Shown in pieces: positions 48,930-63,040 of a stretch of DNA of 64,000 nt. The notes under the pieces were generated by a model. The model was not told where the DNA came from, did not search any database, and saw only the letters and a list, made by a program, of their open reading frames with translations. The translations under genes and the position numbers were made by a program. Origin of the DNA: Scyliorhinus canicula (lineage: Eukaryota); NCBI RefSeq assembly GCF_902713615.1, contig NW_024056007.1, positions 1 through 64,000 of the forward strand. Direction: 5' to 3'. Numbering within the stretch: position 1 is the stretch's first letter; every line of letters begins with the position of its first letter.

Positions 48930-50100
48930 CATTTCATTTATGATCATGTCTGATCATCCAGCTCAATAGCCTAATCCCACTTTCGCCTCCATATACTTTG
49001 ATCCGCTTCGCCTAAGTGCTATATATAACTGCGTCTGGAAACCATACAATGTTTTGCATTTAACTATTTCCTGTAGTAACGAATTCCACAGGCTCATCAC
49101 TCTCTGGGTGAAGAAATTTCTCCTCATCTCTGTCCTAAATGATCTACACGTATCCTCAGACTGTGAGCCCTGGTACTGGACACACCCACCATCGCGAATA
49201 TCCATCTGCATCTACCCTGTCCAGTCCTGTTAGAATTTTATAGGGTTCTATTAGATCCCCCGCATTCTGAAATGCAAATACAATCCTGAACCAATTCAAT
49301 CTCTCCTCGTATGTCAATCCTGCCATCTCAGGAATCTGTCTGGTAAAACTTCGCTGTACTCCCTCCATATCTCGAACATCCTTCCTCAGATAAGGAGACC
49401 ACAACTGCACACAATATTCCAGGTATGGCCTCGACTGTGCCCTGTATAATTGCAGCAAGATATCCCTGCCCAGTACTCAATTCCGCTCACAATGAAGGCT
49501 AGAATACAATTTGCTTCTTTACAGCCTGCTGTAGCTGCATACATAACTTCAGTGACTGGTGTACGAGGATAGCCAGGTCACGTTACACGTTCCCCTCGCC
49601 TTCTTATTCTTGCCTTCTTATTCTTGCTACCAAAGTTGCTAACCTCGCATTTATCCAAATTATGCTGCATCTCCCAATCATTTAGCCACTCACCCAACTT
49701 ATCCAAATCACACTGAAGGATCTCTGCATCCTCCTCACAGCTCTCCCTCCCAAGCAACTTGTGTCATCTGCAAATTTAGAGATCTGACATTTTGTTCCTT
49801 CATCTAAATCGTCACATATATTATGAATCGCTTGGATTTGATTTATTGCCACGTGTACCGAGGTACAGTGAAAAGTATTGTTCTGTGTGCACCTCAAACA
49901 AATCATTCCGAACATGAAAAGAAAATACATAATAGGGAAACATAAAATACACAATGCTGTGGTACTCGCACCGATCCCTGGGGTACCCGGCTCGTCATTG
50001 CCTGCCAATTTGAAAAAGATCCGTTAATTCCTTCTATTTGTTGACCTGTCTGCCGACTAGTTTTCTATCCATCTCGATACACTACCCCCAATCCCATGCA
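48930..50100 (-). mobile_element. Degenerate CR1 3' portion with internal insertion
   Basis: RPYLEYCVQLWSPYLRKD, CQISKFADD, RRNFFTQRVMSLWNSL. Confidence 0.85.
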
Positions 50101-50629
50101 GTTTAATTTTACACGCATTCAGATAATAATCATCTTACCTATTTGGACGGCAGATGTCGCAGCTCACAATATCACTGAAACATGGCCTACTATACGTCAT
50201 AGAAATACGTCTTCCATTTACCTTCAATGTTAAATTCCTGCCAGCATGTGAGGCTCACGGTAACTGCCTGTGTCCCCCGTTGCTTCCGGGTCAGGAGACC
50301 ACAGAGTATCTACAGACTACGCTCAGCATTCGAACAACCAGTTTGCAAACACTGTTAATCTTGATCCTGAATTTAAATGAGGACGTAAGGTCAGGGCATT
50401 TGGTGAGGCGTGCATAACTCGATTTTTAAAAAGAATTTAAGGGGAGCTAAGGTTATTTAGAATAATATTGAGAAGAAAATATTTCAAACATATTTATTCG
50501 GTTTGGTGACTAAATATCAATTGTTTTTTTGCGCCAAATTTTAAAATATTTCACACAAATGATTTAACGTGAAGTGGAACCAGTGTTTTCCTTGGATTAC
50601 ATGTCATTATGTGATGTTAATGTGCAATA

Positions 50630-51062
50630 TATTTTTTTAAATATAATTTATTACAAACATATATCAAAACAGGTTACAGCGAATAAACACCCGGGAACCA
50701 TACTTCCCAACAATCAACTATACAATCTGTACAGAGTTTTCTCCTTTTTCACCCACCTCCCCCGCGACGAATAGGTCACAAACATCCCCCACCTTTCCTC
50801 AAAACCCCCGGAAGCACCCTTGAACTTATACTTTATCTTCTCTAATCGCAGCAAGTCGTACAGGTCATTCAACCAAACCGCCTACCCCGGTGGCGTTGCC
50901 CACAGCTACTCCAGAAAAATGCGCCGCCGTGCAATCAGACAGGCGAAGGCCAAAACATTGGCCTTCCTCCACCCCATGAATTCAGTCTTCTCTAAAACAC
51001 CAAATATCGCCACCAAAAGATCCGGGTCCACCTCCTCCTCCACTATCCTGGCTAAGATAGCG
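50630..51062 (-). mobile_element. L1 3' end fragment
   Basis: Poly-T end and similarity to the C-terminal coding region of the other L1s (AGGCGAAGGCCAAAACATTGGCC). Confidence 0.7.
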
Positions 51063-52924
51063 AATTAATGTACAATAATACAGTTAATCTCGATTATGTG
51101 TATCCCTGTATCAGTACAGAATTTAGGATGCAATAATGATCAGTACATGGAGGAACCATAATGTACACAGATGCTGTGGTGTTAATCAAGTCCCAGGGTG
51201 CATAAAACAATTCATCGGGTCTTAAACCCATCAGAGATACAGTGTAATGCAATTGCCCAGGATAGACTGGGTGAAACAACAATAATGTGTATCAGTCGAT
51301 GCAGTGAAACAGCCAATCTTAATAATCAAGAGGCCTCGGATAGATGGAAACATATCCTTATATTTCCTTACGTGATTTAATCTCAATGTTCTTTACATCT
51401 GCCACGTGATCCGCTTTGTGCTGTTTAATGGTGTTAAACCTGCTGCATAAATTCAAGTTGTGAGAAGATTTTGTATGGCGCGGATGGTCATTGGTACGTG
51501 CTGGATAATTTGTATTGTGTGGGTTTAATTTTGATTTCTTCGAAGCTTATATGTTGCACGTGAGTCTAACTTCTGTTATGTGAGCACACTCGACAGCACG
51601 TGATTGTCACTGTCATTCTGATTGTTTCCAGTTCTAATGTCACTGAGCTAAGTTGCATTCTGTCTCATGGCCATAATGTTTCTTTGCGGACTCATAATAA
51701 TGACCATTCCACAAGAGTAAGAGTTCCTTATATTTGCCTAAGTATTATCAAGTAACATTCATGGATATCCTGTGCTGTACAACACACGAAGATTGTTTGG
51801 CGTCTTCCTGAAATCTCCCAATATTCTAACTTCTCCAAATAAGAACGTGCAAATGACTACTGAAATGTTTGTTCAAGCAACTGTAACAAAATTGGATCCT
51901 AATTGCCTCCCTCTCGATTTCGAACTGTATAAATGTGGGCTTTTTGACCTTGTCATAAAGAATCTGTGACTGACTGCAGAATGCACGGCCAAATAACTGG
52001 TGTACGTTGTGCCATTTACTACCCAATTCTTGCTGCCGTTGGAGTTCCGGGTAAGCTGCTGCACTAACTCATTGACTTGAAGAATCACTGTTTTATGAAG
52101 GTACTTCTATTCATGTAAAATGACAACGTGATTTAATAATTCCCCTGTGTTTTCAACTTTATTTGAGCAAGGGAAGGTTAGATTTTTCTCATTTAAATAT
52201 ATCTTTAAACACTCGGGCCTTAATCATCAATTAACCTAGGACTATTCCTTGCCGCACCGAGGCTCGGCTACTTGTCAGTTGCCTGGTTAAAATTAATAAT
52301 ATTTTGGTCACCGTTTTGAAATCAATAATACCTGATCAACAGGAAGGTAGTTTTAGAATGCAACCTTTAGGTAGACTTTAAATGTTTGTGTTAGTGTAAA
52401 TCGAGCAGTACCGAATGGATTACAATGTTATACAATTGTCTTGAATTATGATAGCATTGCATTGAGGTGAATTACATTTCAGGGGGGATACAGAACGAGC
52501 TGCAGATTCACTGTCAGCTATTTCACCCTTCCGCTTAAAATTAAGATTCATCCGCTTAAAATGATGGGGGATTGAAATTGCTATTATGCTGTAATGCATC
52601 CAGTTTTGCACTCGATCTGCTTTTCTGTCCCATTGACATCACAGGAGAAGAAAACCGGGCGAGCGTAAAACAAAATAATTTAACCGTTTTATGCATGAAA
52701 CATTCGTCCAGCTAAGGAATTACTAGATTAGTGCTACAGCCACTTCATTCATCTACATTGATGAGACTGAGCAAAGGATATTACAGACGAATCATAGATA
52801 TTTAGTGGGAATCATGTAATAGTCTGCGAATTGGAGATTGTGGTTATGTTCCTGGGTTAATGATCCAGAGACACGAGTTCGAATAATAATAATATTAATC
52901 TTTTGTTCATTAATCTGTCTGTTC

Positions 52925-53275
52925 AAAAGAACAAAGAACAAAGAAAATTACAGCACAGGAACAGGCCCTTCGGCCCTCCCAGCCTGCGCCGATCCAGATC
53001 CTTTATCTAAACCTGTTGCCTATTTTCTAAAGTCGACTTCTCTCGGTTCCCCACCCGTTCATATATCTTTCCAGATGCATCTTAAATGATGCTATCGTGC
53101 CCGCCTCTACCATCTCCGCTGGCAAAGCGTTCCAGGCACCCACCACCCTCTGCGTAAAAAAACTTTCCACGCACATCTCCCTTAAACTTTCCCCCCTCAC
53201 CTTGAAATCGTGACACCTTGTAATTGACACCACCACACTTGGAAAAACCTTGTTTCTATCTACCCTGTCCATACT
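52925..53275 (-). mobile_element. CR1 3' fragment (intronic)
   Basis: DRVDRNKVFPSV..QRVVGAWNALPAE. Confidence 0.85.
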
Positions 53276-54912
53276 TCTAATAATTTTGTGTTCTGGTACA
53301 CAGAGGGAGAATTCAGAATGTCCAAATTACCTAACGGCTCGTCTTCCGGGATACAGAATTTTATTTAAATTGAGATCACAAATAAATCTGGAATTAACTG
53401 ATATTATCATTAATAATGATGGTGAAAATACCAGTTGCTGCAAAAACACCACCGGGCTCCATAACGTCCTTTATTGAAGAACATCAACATTGGCGGAAAC
53501 ATGATACCAGACTCATAACGAGATAACTGAACATTAACAGATCTCTGAAATGACCCGTAAAACCACTCAGTCGGTAAGGCGTGGCTCACCAACCGCCTTT
53601 CAATGGTTATAATCGATGGACAATAAATGCAATAAATGATGTCAAATCAATGGAATGAATCAATAAAAATGACAAAGTACTTTATTAAAAATATTTTTTA
53701 CAGGATGTGGGCTTCGCTGGCTAGAGCTATTGTTGCCCATCCCAATTTCCCTTGAGAAGGTGGTGTGGTGATCTGCCTTCTTGAGCCACTTCAGTCCATG
53801 TAGTGTAGGTACACCTACTGTGCTATTAGGGAGGGAGTTCCAGGATTTTTACGCAGCCACAGTGAAGGTACCACAATATATGTCCAAATCAGGATGGTGA
53901 GTGACTTTTCGGAGAATCTCCAGGTGGCAGTATCTGCTGCTCTTCTCCTTCCAGGTCGTAGTAGTCGATGGTTTCGAAGGGAACTTCACTGAGTTCCTGC
54001 AATGAATCTTGTAAATTGTACACACTGCTGCGACTGTGCATCGGTGGTGGAGGGAATTAATGTTTGTGGAATGGGTGTCAATCAAGTGGAATGATTTGTC
54101 CTGGATGGATTTGAGCTTATTGACCATTATTAGAACTGCACTGATCCAAGCAAGTATTCCATTCCATCCCTAGCTTGTGCCTTGTAGATGGTGGACGGGC
54201 TTTGGGGCGGGTCGAAGGGGTGGGGGGGAGGGGGGGTGGGGGGAGGTGGGGGGGGGGGGGGGGGTTGGCAGGGAAGTTGCGGTCACAGGGTGAAGTAATC
54301 ACCGTCGGATTCCGAGCCTTTAACCTGCGTACATGAACATAAGGGTAGAGGCAGAGTACAGCACGCAGCAGGTCGCGCCTGTCAACCATTCAATAAACTC
54401 GTGACTGATAATCGGATTCAAATCCATTTTGCCGCACCATATATAACTTGGTTGTCTCAGCCAGCAATACGCTGTCCATCTAAGCCTTGGATATTGAATA
54501 TATATTTAACAATAAAAAGACCCAGAGCCATCTTGGCAGAGAATTCTAAAACAACACATCCATTTTTGTGAATAAATTCGTGCTCTTCTCAGTCCGAAAT
54601 AACCTTTCCTTTATCGTGAAGTGATTCGCCATGAATCCAGAATCTTCGGGCATGACCTCTCTCATAGATTCTGTCAAGCCCTTTGAGAATGTTGTTTGTT
54701 TCAACGAGATGGCCTCATCGACATTTCAGACAATATAAACCCAATTTGTTTCGCCTCCGTCATAGAACAAAGAACATCATTTCTCATCAGAATGCAAACT
54801 AGCTTCCAAGCCAGCGGTTTCTAAGACGCAAACCATTGGATGTTTCTTCAGTTGTATTAAACTGACGCATCTGATTTATTTAAAATATTTCCTGATAGAT
54901 TTTTTAAAAATA

Positions 54913-55236
54913 GAATTTACAGTGCATTTACAGCCATTTGCCCATCGAGTCTGCACCGGCTCATGGCAAGAGCTACCTACTTAAGCCCACGCCGTTAACC
55001 GATCCCCGTAACCCAGTAACCCCACCTAACATTTTTGGACACTCAGAGGCAATTTTGACCAATCCACCTAACCTGCACATCTTTGTACTGTGGGAGAAAA
55101 GCGAGCACCCGGAGGAAACCCACGCACACACGGGGAGAACATGTAAACTTCAGACAGAGAGTCACCCGGGGCCGGAATTGAACCTAGGACCCTGGATCTG
55201 TGAGGCAGAAGTGCGAACCATTGTGCTACCGTGCGG
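54913..55236 (-). mobile_element. V-SINE (intronic)
   Basis: V core and tRNA-like head. Confidence 0.8.
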
Positions 55237-58200
55237 CCCTTGTTCCACCGTGTAGCACTCATCTCATTTTACATTTTTAAAATACAAATGCAACTAATAT
55301 GTCACCGGTGTTAACAGGCTAGTCCCGTTTACCTGATATGTGATCCAAAATTTGAATGCGAAATATTTAATGTGACCCTCAGATCTTTCACCATTAAGTC
55401 CTTAGCTATGAAATGCACGCCTTGAATCGCATTGCCTTTTTGCCTCAATCTGCTTCTTCAATGCTTTCCTTAAACTTACCTAATTGTCCAGGTATTTGAC
55501 ATCTGACACAATGTCCTCTCATGTGGTGAGGTGTCAAAATTTGTTGTATCAATCATTTCTGAAGCGACTTGGGAAAACGTTTGATTTAAAGGGTACTACA
55601 TGCGTTTAAGATGCCAGTGCAGCTGTTTATGAAACAGAATTGACATTGAAAATCCAAGAACAACTGTATCAGGTGTCCATATAACGAAGATTAACTGGGG
55701 GGAAAAAATCACAATTAGGCCGTGTGCATGGTTGGAATATGTTTAATAATAACTTTACAATTTTAATTCTGTTTTGTCTCTCAGTTAACTTGGTGGCGAT
55801 TGTGGTCCTCTCCAGGGGAAGGTGTGGTCTCTCCAAATGCATCACTCGGTATCTGGTGTCTATGGCAGTGACTGATCTCCTAGTCGTTGTTACCGCTGTG
55901 ATATTCAATCTGATTATTGGCATCTATTTTCCAGTTAGCTTTATGTCATTGACTCCAGCATGCACTCTGAGCACCGTGATAATCTATGCGGCCACCGAGA
56001 GTTCTGTCTGGTTAACCGTCGCTTTCACCTTTGATCGTTATTTGTTGCCAGAAACTGCAGACAACGTATTGCACCGAGAAAACAGCAGCTGTGGTGATAG
56101 GAACCGTTTGTTTTTTGAGCTGTTTAAAAAGCGTTCCTTGGTACTTTATGTATGAACCACTCTATGTAATGAACAATGTGCCGTGGTTTTGTAATGTAAA
56201 ACTAAGCTTCTACACCTCACTTGCATGGACAGCCTATGACTGGTTTGCACGTGTGTTAAATCCAGGTCTGCCCTTCCTCCTGATTTTGCTGCTCAATGCT
56301 CTGACCGTCAGGCAAATCCTGACGGCCAGTAGATCCCGCCGGAGACTCCGGACTAACAGCAGTGGAGAGAATCAGAGTGATCCAGAGATGCTGAACAGGG
56401 GGAAGTCTGTTGTCTTACTCTTCGCCATCTCGGGAAGCTTTGTTCTGTTGTGGACGACGCACGTTGTCGATTTCCTGTACGTGAAAATTACAAATGAATC
56501 TTATTTCGGAGGATCCAATTTTAATGACCCCAGATTCATTCGCCGAGAAAGTGGAAATATGCTTCAGCTGCTGAGCTGTTGCACTAACACGTGCATTTAT
56601 GCAGTGACGCAGAGACAATTTAGACAGGAGTTGAGGAATGCGGTAAAATATCTTGGAAATCTCATGGTAAAGTTAGTCAAGTAGGAAAGCCTTTTGTTTA
56701 AAGTACAAATCAAAATATATCTTGTAGTCCCAGGACTTCTGTTCTTGACAAATGGGGTGAAATTGATCTTCGGCAGCCATGTGAAAGGAGCCATTAAAAA
56801 CCTTCTGTCCAATGACTTGTCAAGTGAAGAAAATTGAATCAGATGTAGAATAGACAGCTGGGTCCTAATTATCAGGTTTGTGTGACCAGTCCTTTCAATT
56901 CTGTCGCAATCCTTCTTTCGAAGTTTTCCCTTTGGAACATGAGAAGTAAGAGATTCTGCGTTGCCATTTAGTATGATCGGGATCGAGGTTCCAGATTAAA
57001 TCCACGATTCTGCTCTGTCCCTTTATTCTTTAAATCACACAGTACCTCAAAATCCATCAATATCAACCTTGAATATGCCGAATGACGGTATAAACACAGC
57101 CAAATGAAATCGAAAAATCCAAATGTTGTAACTGTATGAATGCAGCTAATGTTCATAATTCCAGCCTCAATTCCTTCTCCTGAACATCTAATCTTTTGTT
57201 TAACACTATTTAGACGGAGAAACAGCTTCTCAATAAAAATGCTGTTAGTTTCCAAGAGGTGAAACATTCCAATTAGATGGCTTCCCATGCTCTGAATCTC
57301 TAGAGACTTTCGACCCATTCCAGGGAATCTTCAGCCGGTCTCTCTCCATGCTGCCTCCTCCTTATACAAAAAGATAGTATTGAGTGTCCTGGTAGATTTT
57401 CATTCATTAGAGGTTATAAGTGAAAAATTAAAATAAATAAGTAGAAAATATTGTTTGACGATTTACCCTTAATGAATCATTGAGCTAGTTTAAGCGAAGG
57501 TGCTGCTACCTGTGAGAAATCATTTCGCACATCAATTAGTTCTGCACGCTTGTATGCTTCACCCGATGCCTGTGTTTATGTTTTTACATTGTGTTCCTTG
57601 TGTTTCCCTATTACGTATTTTCTTTTCATGTATTAAATGATTTCTTTGAGCTGCACGCAGTAAAATACTTTTCACTGTTCCTCTGTACACGTGACAATAA
57701 ACTAATCCAATACAATGCCTACATGAAGAAACCAACAATATCAAAGCCCTCATGATCTTCAACATTTAAGTCAACTCGCCTCTTATTCTTCTAAACTCTC
57801 ACACACATTATGTCCATAAAACACATCTGATTTGAGTTCAGATTTCAATCACAAAATACCTGGACAACCTCAGCAGGTCTGACAATGTCTCTGTAGAGAG
57901 AAAGGAGCGAACATTTCGAGTCGGGATGGCTGTTTATCAAAGCTATGAGCAGCAACGTTAGCAGCATCTGCAAATTTGGAAATCTCAATCAATACATAAC
58001 ATGGAATTTGAATAATACAAAACAGGACTGAACTTTGGGGAACACCATTGTTTCTCACCAAAATCAAGGTTACCTTGACATTTGTCCGTAAGACAAATGC
58101 GGGATAAAATGAGATTGTCCAAATTACTGGTCTGAACGGAAAAACAGAAAAACTGGGGCGAGACTGCAGACTACACAAAACCAAGGAAGAAGGTTATCTC

Positions 58201-58850
58201 GGATTGCAACCGGACCTTGATCAACTGGCCGCTGGGCCGATGAATGACAGATGAAGTTTAATTTAGTTGAATGTAAGGTAGATCGAATCGGGGCAGGACC
58301 TACTCACTTAGTGGAAGGGAGTTGGGAGAGGTATAGAACAAAGAAATCTAGGATCACAGGTTCATAGGTCCTTAAAGGTGGAGTCACAGGTGGTCAGGGT
58401 GGTGAAAATCCAGGAGAGAGAAAGAGGGAGAGACGCACACGCAAACATACACACCAACAGAAAGGGAAGGAAAACAGACAAATAATCCACCTCAGTTTGT
58501 GTTCAATGCTAACCAGGAGGATGATAATACACAGGGTTTCAGCAATTGGAAACAATGCTACTGGATGTCGAGGGGAGATGAGGCCGACTGTAATGCGCCG
58601 GGAGGAAGAGATCAAAGCAGAGTGTTGGAAAATCAGACACAGGTACAGATAGCCATGCGGTAAGTCTCACAGACAGGGATGAGCAGAAAGTGTCTGAACA
58701 GGTGGAGAAAGACTAACTGACGAGATACTGAACGAAAAATAAATTACATAACTGTTGAATGTAGTTACTAGAATGTAAATCACATAACTAGGTGGTTACA
58801 AACTATTACGTATTGTGTGGAGTCAGGATGACTTATTGGAAATACAGGGT

Positions 58851-61800
58851 ACATAAGAACATAAGAACATAAGAACTAGGAGCAGGAATAGGCCATCTGG
58901 CCCCTCGAGCCTGCTCCACCATTCAATGAGATCATGGCTGATCTTTTGTGGACTCAGCTCCACTTTCCGGCCCGAACACCATAACCCTTAATCCCTTTAT
59001 TCTTCAAAAAACTATCTATCTTTACCTTAAAAACATGTAATGAAGGAGCCTCAACTGCTTCACTGGGCAAGAAATTCAATAGATTCACAACCCTTTGGGT
59101 GAAGAAGTTCCTCCTAAACTCAGTCCTAAATCTACTTCCCCTTATTTTGAGGCTATGCCCCCTAGTTCTGCTGTCACCTGCCAGTGGAAACAACCTGCCC
59201 GCATCTATCCTATCTATTCCCTTCATAATTTTAAATGTTTCTATAAGATCCCCCCTCATCCTTCTAAATTCCAACGAGTACAGTCCCAGTCTACTCAACC
59301 TCTCCTCATAATCCAACCCCTTCAGCTCTGGGATTAACCTAGTGAATCTCCTCTGCACACCCTCCAGCGCCAGTACGTCCTTTCTCAAGTAAGGAGACCA
59401 AAACTGAACACAATACTCCAGGTGTGGCCGCACCAACACCTTATACAATTGCAACATTACCTCCCTAGTCTTAAACTCCATCCCTCTAGCAATGAAGGAC
59501 AAAATTCCATTTGCCTTTTTAGTCACCTGTTGCACTTGTAAACCAACCTTCTGTGACTCATGCACTAGCACACCCAAGTCTCTCTGAACAGCGGCATGCT
59601 TTAATATTTTATCGTTTAAATAATAATCCCGTTTGCTGTTATTCCTACCAAAATGGATAACCTCACATTTGTTAACATTGTATTCCATCTGCCAGACCCG
59701 AGCCCATTCACTTAACCTATCCAAATCCCTCTGCAGACTTCCAGTATCCTCTGCACTTTTCGCTTTACCACTCATCTTAGTGTCATCTGCAAACTTGGAC
59801 ACATTGCCCTTGGTCCCCAACTCCAAATCATCAATGTAAATTGTGAACAATTGTGGGCCCAACACGGATCCCTGAGGGACACCACTAGCTACTAATTGCC
59901 AACCAGAGAAACACCCATTTATCCCAACTCTTTGCTTTCTATTAATTAACCAATCCTCTATCCATGCTACTACTTTACCCTTAATGCCATGCATCTTTAT
60001 CTTATGCAGCAACCTTTTGTGTGGCATCTTGTCAAACGCTTTCTGGAAATTCAGATATACCACATCCATCGGCTCCCCGTTATCTACTGCACTGGTAATG
60101 TCCTCAAAAAATTCCACTAAATTAGTTAGGCATGACCTGCCTTTTACAAACCCATGCTGTGTCTCCCAATGGGACAATTTCTATCCAGATGCCTCGCAAT
60201 TTCTTCCTTGATGATAGATTCCAGCATCTTCCCTACTACCGAAGTTAAGCTCACTGGCCTATAATTTCCTGCTTTCTGCCTACCTCCTTTTTTAAACAGT
60301 GGCGTCACGTTTGCTAATTTCCAATCCACCGGGACCACCCCAGAGTCTAGTGAATTTCGGTAAATTATCACTAGTGCATCTGCAATTTCCCTAGCCATCT
60401 CTTTTAGCACTCTGGGATGCATTCCATCAGGGCCAGGAGACTTGTCTACCTTTAGCCCATTAGCTTGCCCATCACTCCCTCCTTAGTGATAACAATCCTC
60501 TCAACGTCCTCACCTGTCATAGCCTCATTTCTATCAGTCGCTGGCATGTTATTTGTGTCTTCCACTGTGAAGACCGACCCAAAAAACCTGTTCAGTTCCT
60601 CAGCCATTTCCTCATCTCCCATTATTAAAACTCCCTTCTCATCCTCTAAAGGACCAATATTTACCTTAGCCACTCTTTTTTGTCTTATATATTTGTAAAA
60701 ACGTTTACTGACTGTTTTTATATTCTGAGCAAGTTTACTCTCATACTCTATCTTACTCTTCTTTATAGCTTTTTTAGTAGCTTTCTGTTGCCCCCTAAAG
60801 ATTTCCCAGTCCTCTAATCTCCCAGCAATCTTTGCCACTTTATATGCTTTTTCCTTCAATTTGATACTCTCCCTTATTTCCTTAGATATCCACGGTTGAT
60901 TTTCCCTCTTTCTTCCGTCCTTCCTTTTTATTGGTATAAACCTTTGCTGAGCACTGTGAAAAATCGCTTGGAAGGTTCTCCACTGTTCCTCAACTGTTCC
61001 ACCATAAAGTATTTGCTCCCAGTCTACCTTAGCTAGTTCTTCTCTCATCCCCTTGTAATCTCCTTTGTTTAAACACAAAACACTAGTATTTGATTTTACT
61101 TTCTCACCCTCCATCTGTATTTTAAATTCCACCATATTGTGATCGCTCCTTCCGAGAGGATCCCTAACTATGAGATCATGAATCAATCCTGTCTCATTAC
61201 ACAGGACAAGATCTAGGACCGCTTGTTCCCTCGTAGGTTCCATTACATACTGTTCTAGGAAACTATCGCGGATACATTCTATAAAGCTCCTCCTCAAGGT
61301 TGCCTTGACCGACCTGGTTAAACCAATCGACATGTAGATTAAAATCCCCCATGATAACTGCTGTACCATTTCTACATGCATCAGTTATTTCTTTGTTTAT
61401 TGCCTGCCCCACCATAACATTACTACTTGGTGGCCTATAGACTACTCCTATCAGTGACTTTTTTGCCTTACTATTCCTGATTTCCACCCAAATGGATTCA
61501 ACCTTATCCTCCATAGCACCGATGTCATCCCTTACTATTGCCCGGATGTCATCCTTAAATAACAGAGCAACACCACCTCCCTTACCATCCACTCTGTCCT
61601 TCCGAATTGTTTGATACCCTCGGATATTTAACTCCCAGTCGTGACCATCCTTTAACCATGTTTCAGTAATGGCCACTAAATCATAGTCATTTACGATGAT
61701 TTGTGCCATCAACTCATTTACTTTATTCCGAATACTACGAGCATTAAGGTAAAGTACACTTATTTTGGTTTTTTTACCTCTGTTTTGAATCTTAACATCT

Positions 61801-62900
61801 CCAGTTTTATTCCTTTTGTTATTACTGGACCTATTCACTGTGCTCCCCTCAGTCACTATACCTTGTACTGTCGCCCTTTTAGATTTCTGACTATGTCTTC
61901 TCTGCCTTGCACTTTTCCCCTTACTTCCTTTTGCTTCTGTCCCTGTTTTACTACTTTCCAACTTCCTGCATCGGTTCCCATTCCCCTGCCACATTAGTTT
62001 AAACCCTCCCCAACAGCTCTAGAAAACACCCCCCCTAGGACATCGGTTCCAGTCCTGCCCAGGTGCAGACCGTCCGGTTTGTACTGGTCCCACCTCCCCC
62101 AGAACCGGTCCAAATGCCCCAGGAATTTGAATCCCTCCCTCTTGCACCATCTCTCGAGCCACGCATTCATCCTATCTATCCTGACATTCCTACTCTGACT
62201 AGCTCGTGGCACTGGTAGCAATCCTGAGATTACTACCTTTGAGGTCCTACTTTTTAGTTTAACTCCTAACTCCCTGAATTCCGCTTGTTGGACCTCATCC
62301 CGTTTTTTACCTATATCGTTGGTGCCTATGTGCACCACGACAGCTGGCTGTTCACCCTCCCCCCCCCCCCCCCCCCCCCCCCAGAATGTCCTGCAGCCGC
62401 TCCGAGACATTCTTGACCCTTGCACCAGGGAGGCAACATACCATCCTGGAGACTCGATTGCGTCCACAGAACCGCCTGTCTATTCCCCTTACGATCGAGT
62501 CCCCTATCACTATAGCCCTGCCATTTTTCTTCCTGCCCTGCTGTGCAGCAGAGCCAGCCACGGTGCCATGAACCTGGCTGCTGCTGCCTTCCCCTGGTGA
62601 GCCATCTCCCTCAACAGTATCCAAAGCGGTATATCTGTTTTGCAGGGAGATGACCGCAGGGGACACCTGCACTGCCTTCCTACTCGTGCTCTTTCTTTTG
62701 GTCACCCATTTTCTATCTCCCTCAGTAACCTTCACCTGCGGTGTGACCAACTCACTAAATGTGCTATCCACGACCTCCTCAGCATCGCGGATGCTCCAAA
62801 GTGAGTCCATCCGCAGCTCCAGAGCCGTCAAGCGGTCTAACAAGAGCTGCAACTGAACACACTTCTTGCACGTGAAGGAACCAGGGACAGTGGACGTGTC
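58851..62900 (-). mobile_element. Near-full-length CR1 LINE: partial ORF1 (SGNH/GDSL esterase) and ORF2 (APE-RT) with frameshifts
   Basis: ORF1 CKKCVQLQLL..IVIGDSIVR..VVHIGTNDI..DGLHL; ORF2 LYLNARSIRNK, GDFN, YRPVSLTSVVGKMLE, GVPQGSVLGP, FADD; (AAGAACAT)n tail. Confidence 0.95.
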
Positions 62901-63040
62901 TTTTAGTCTCCCGTGCCTTGTTAACGTTGTGTGTCTCAGCACAGCACAATACTCTGCGTTGTCAGACAATTATGCTTCGTGAACACTTGAAGTTAGCCAT
63001 GAGGTGGAGATGCCAGCGTTGGATTGGGGTGGGCACAATA

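Larger units (their letters stand above)
51981..56684 (+). pseudogene. GPR139-like class A GPCR, two exons (51981-52050; 55785-56684), frameshifted near 56040
   Basis: Exon 1 MHGQITGVRCAIYYPILAAVGVP G|GTAAG; acceptor TCTCTCAG|TT AAC TTG; VNLVAIVVLSRGRCGLSKCITRYL..TFDR / ICCQKL..CTEKTAAVVI..SCCTNTCIYAVTQRQFR. Confidence 0.8.
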
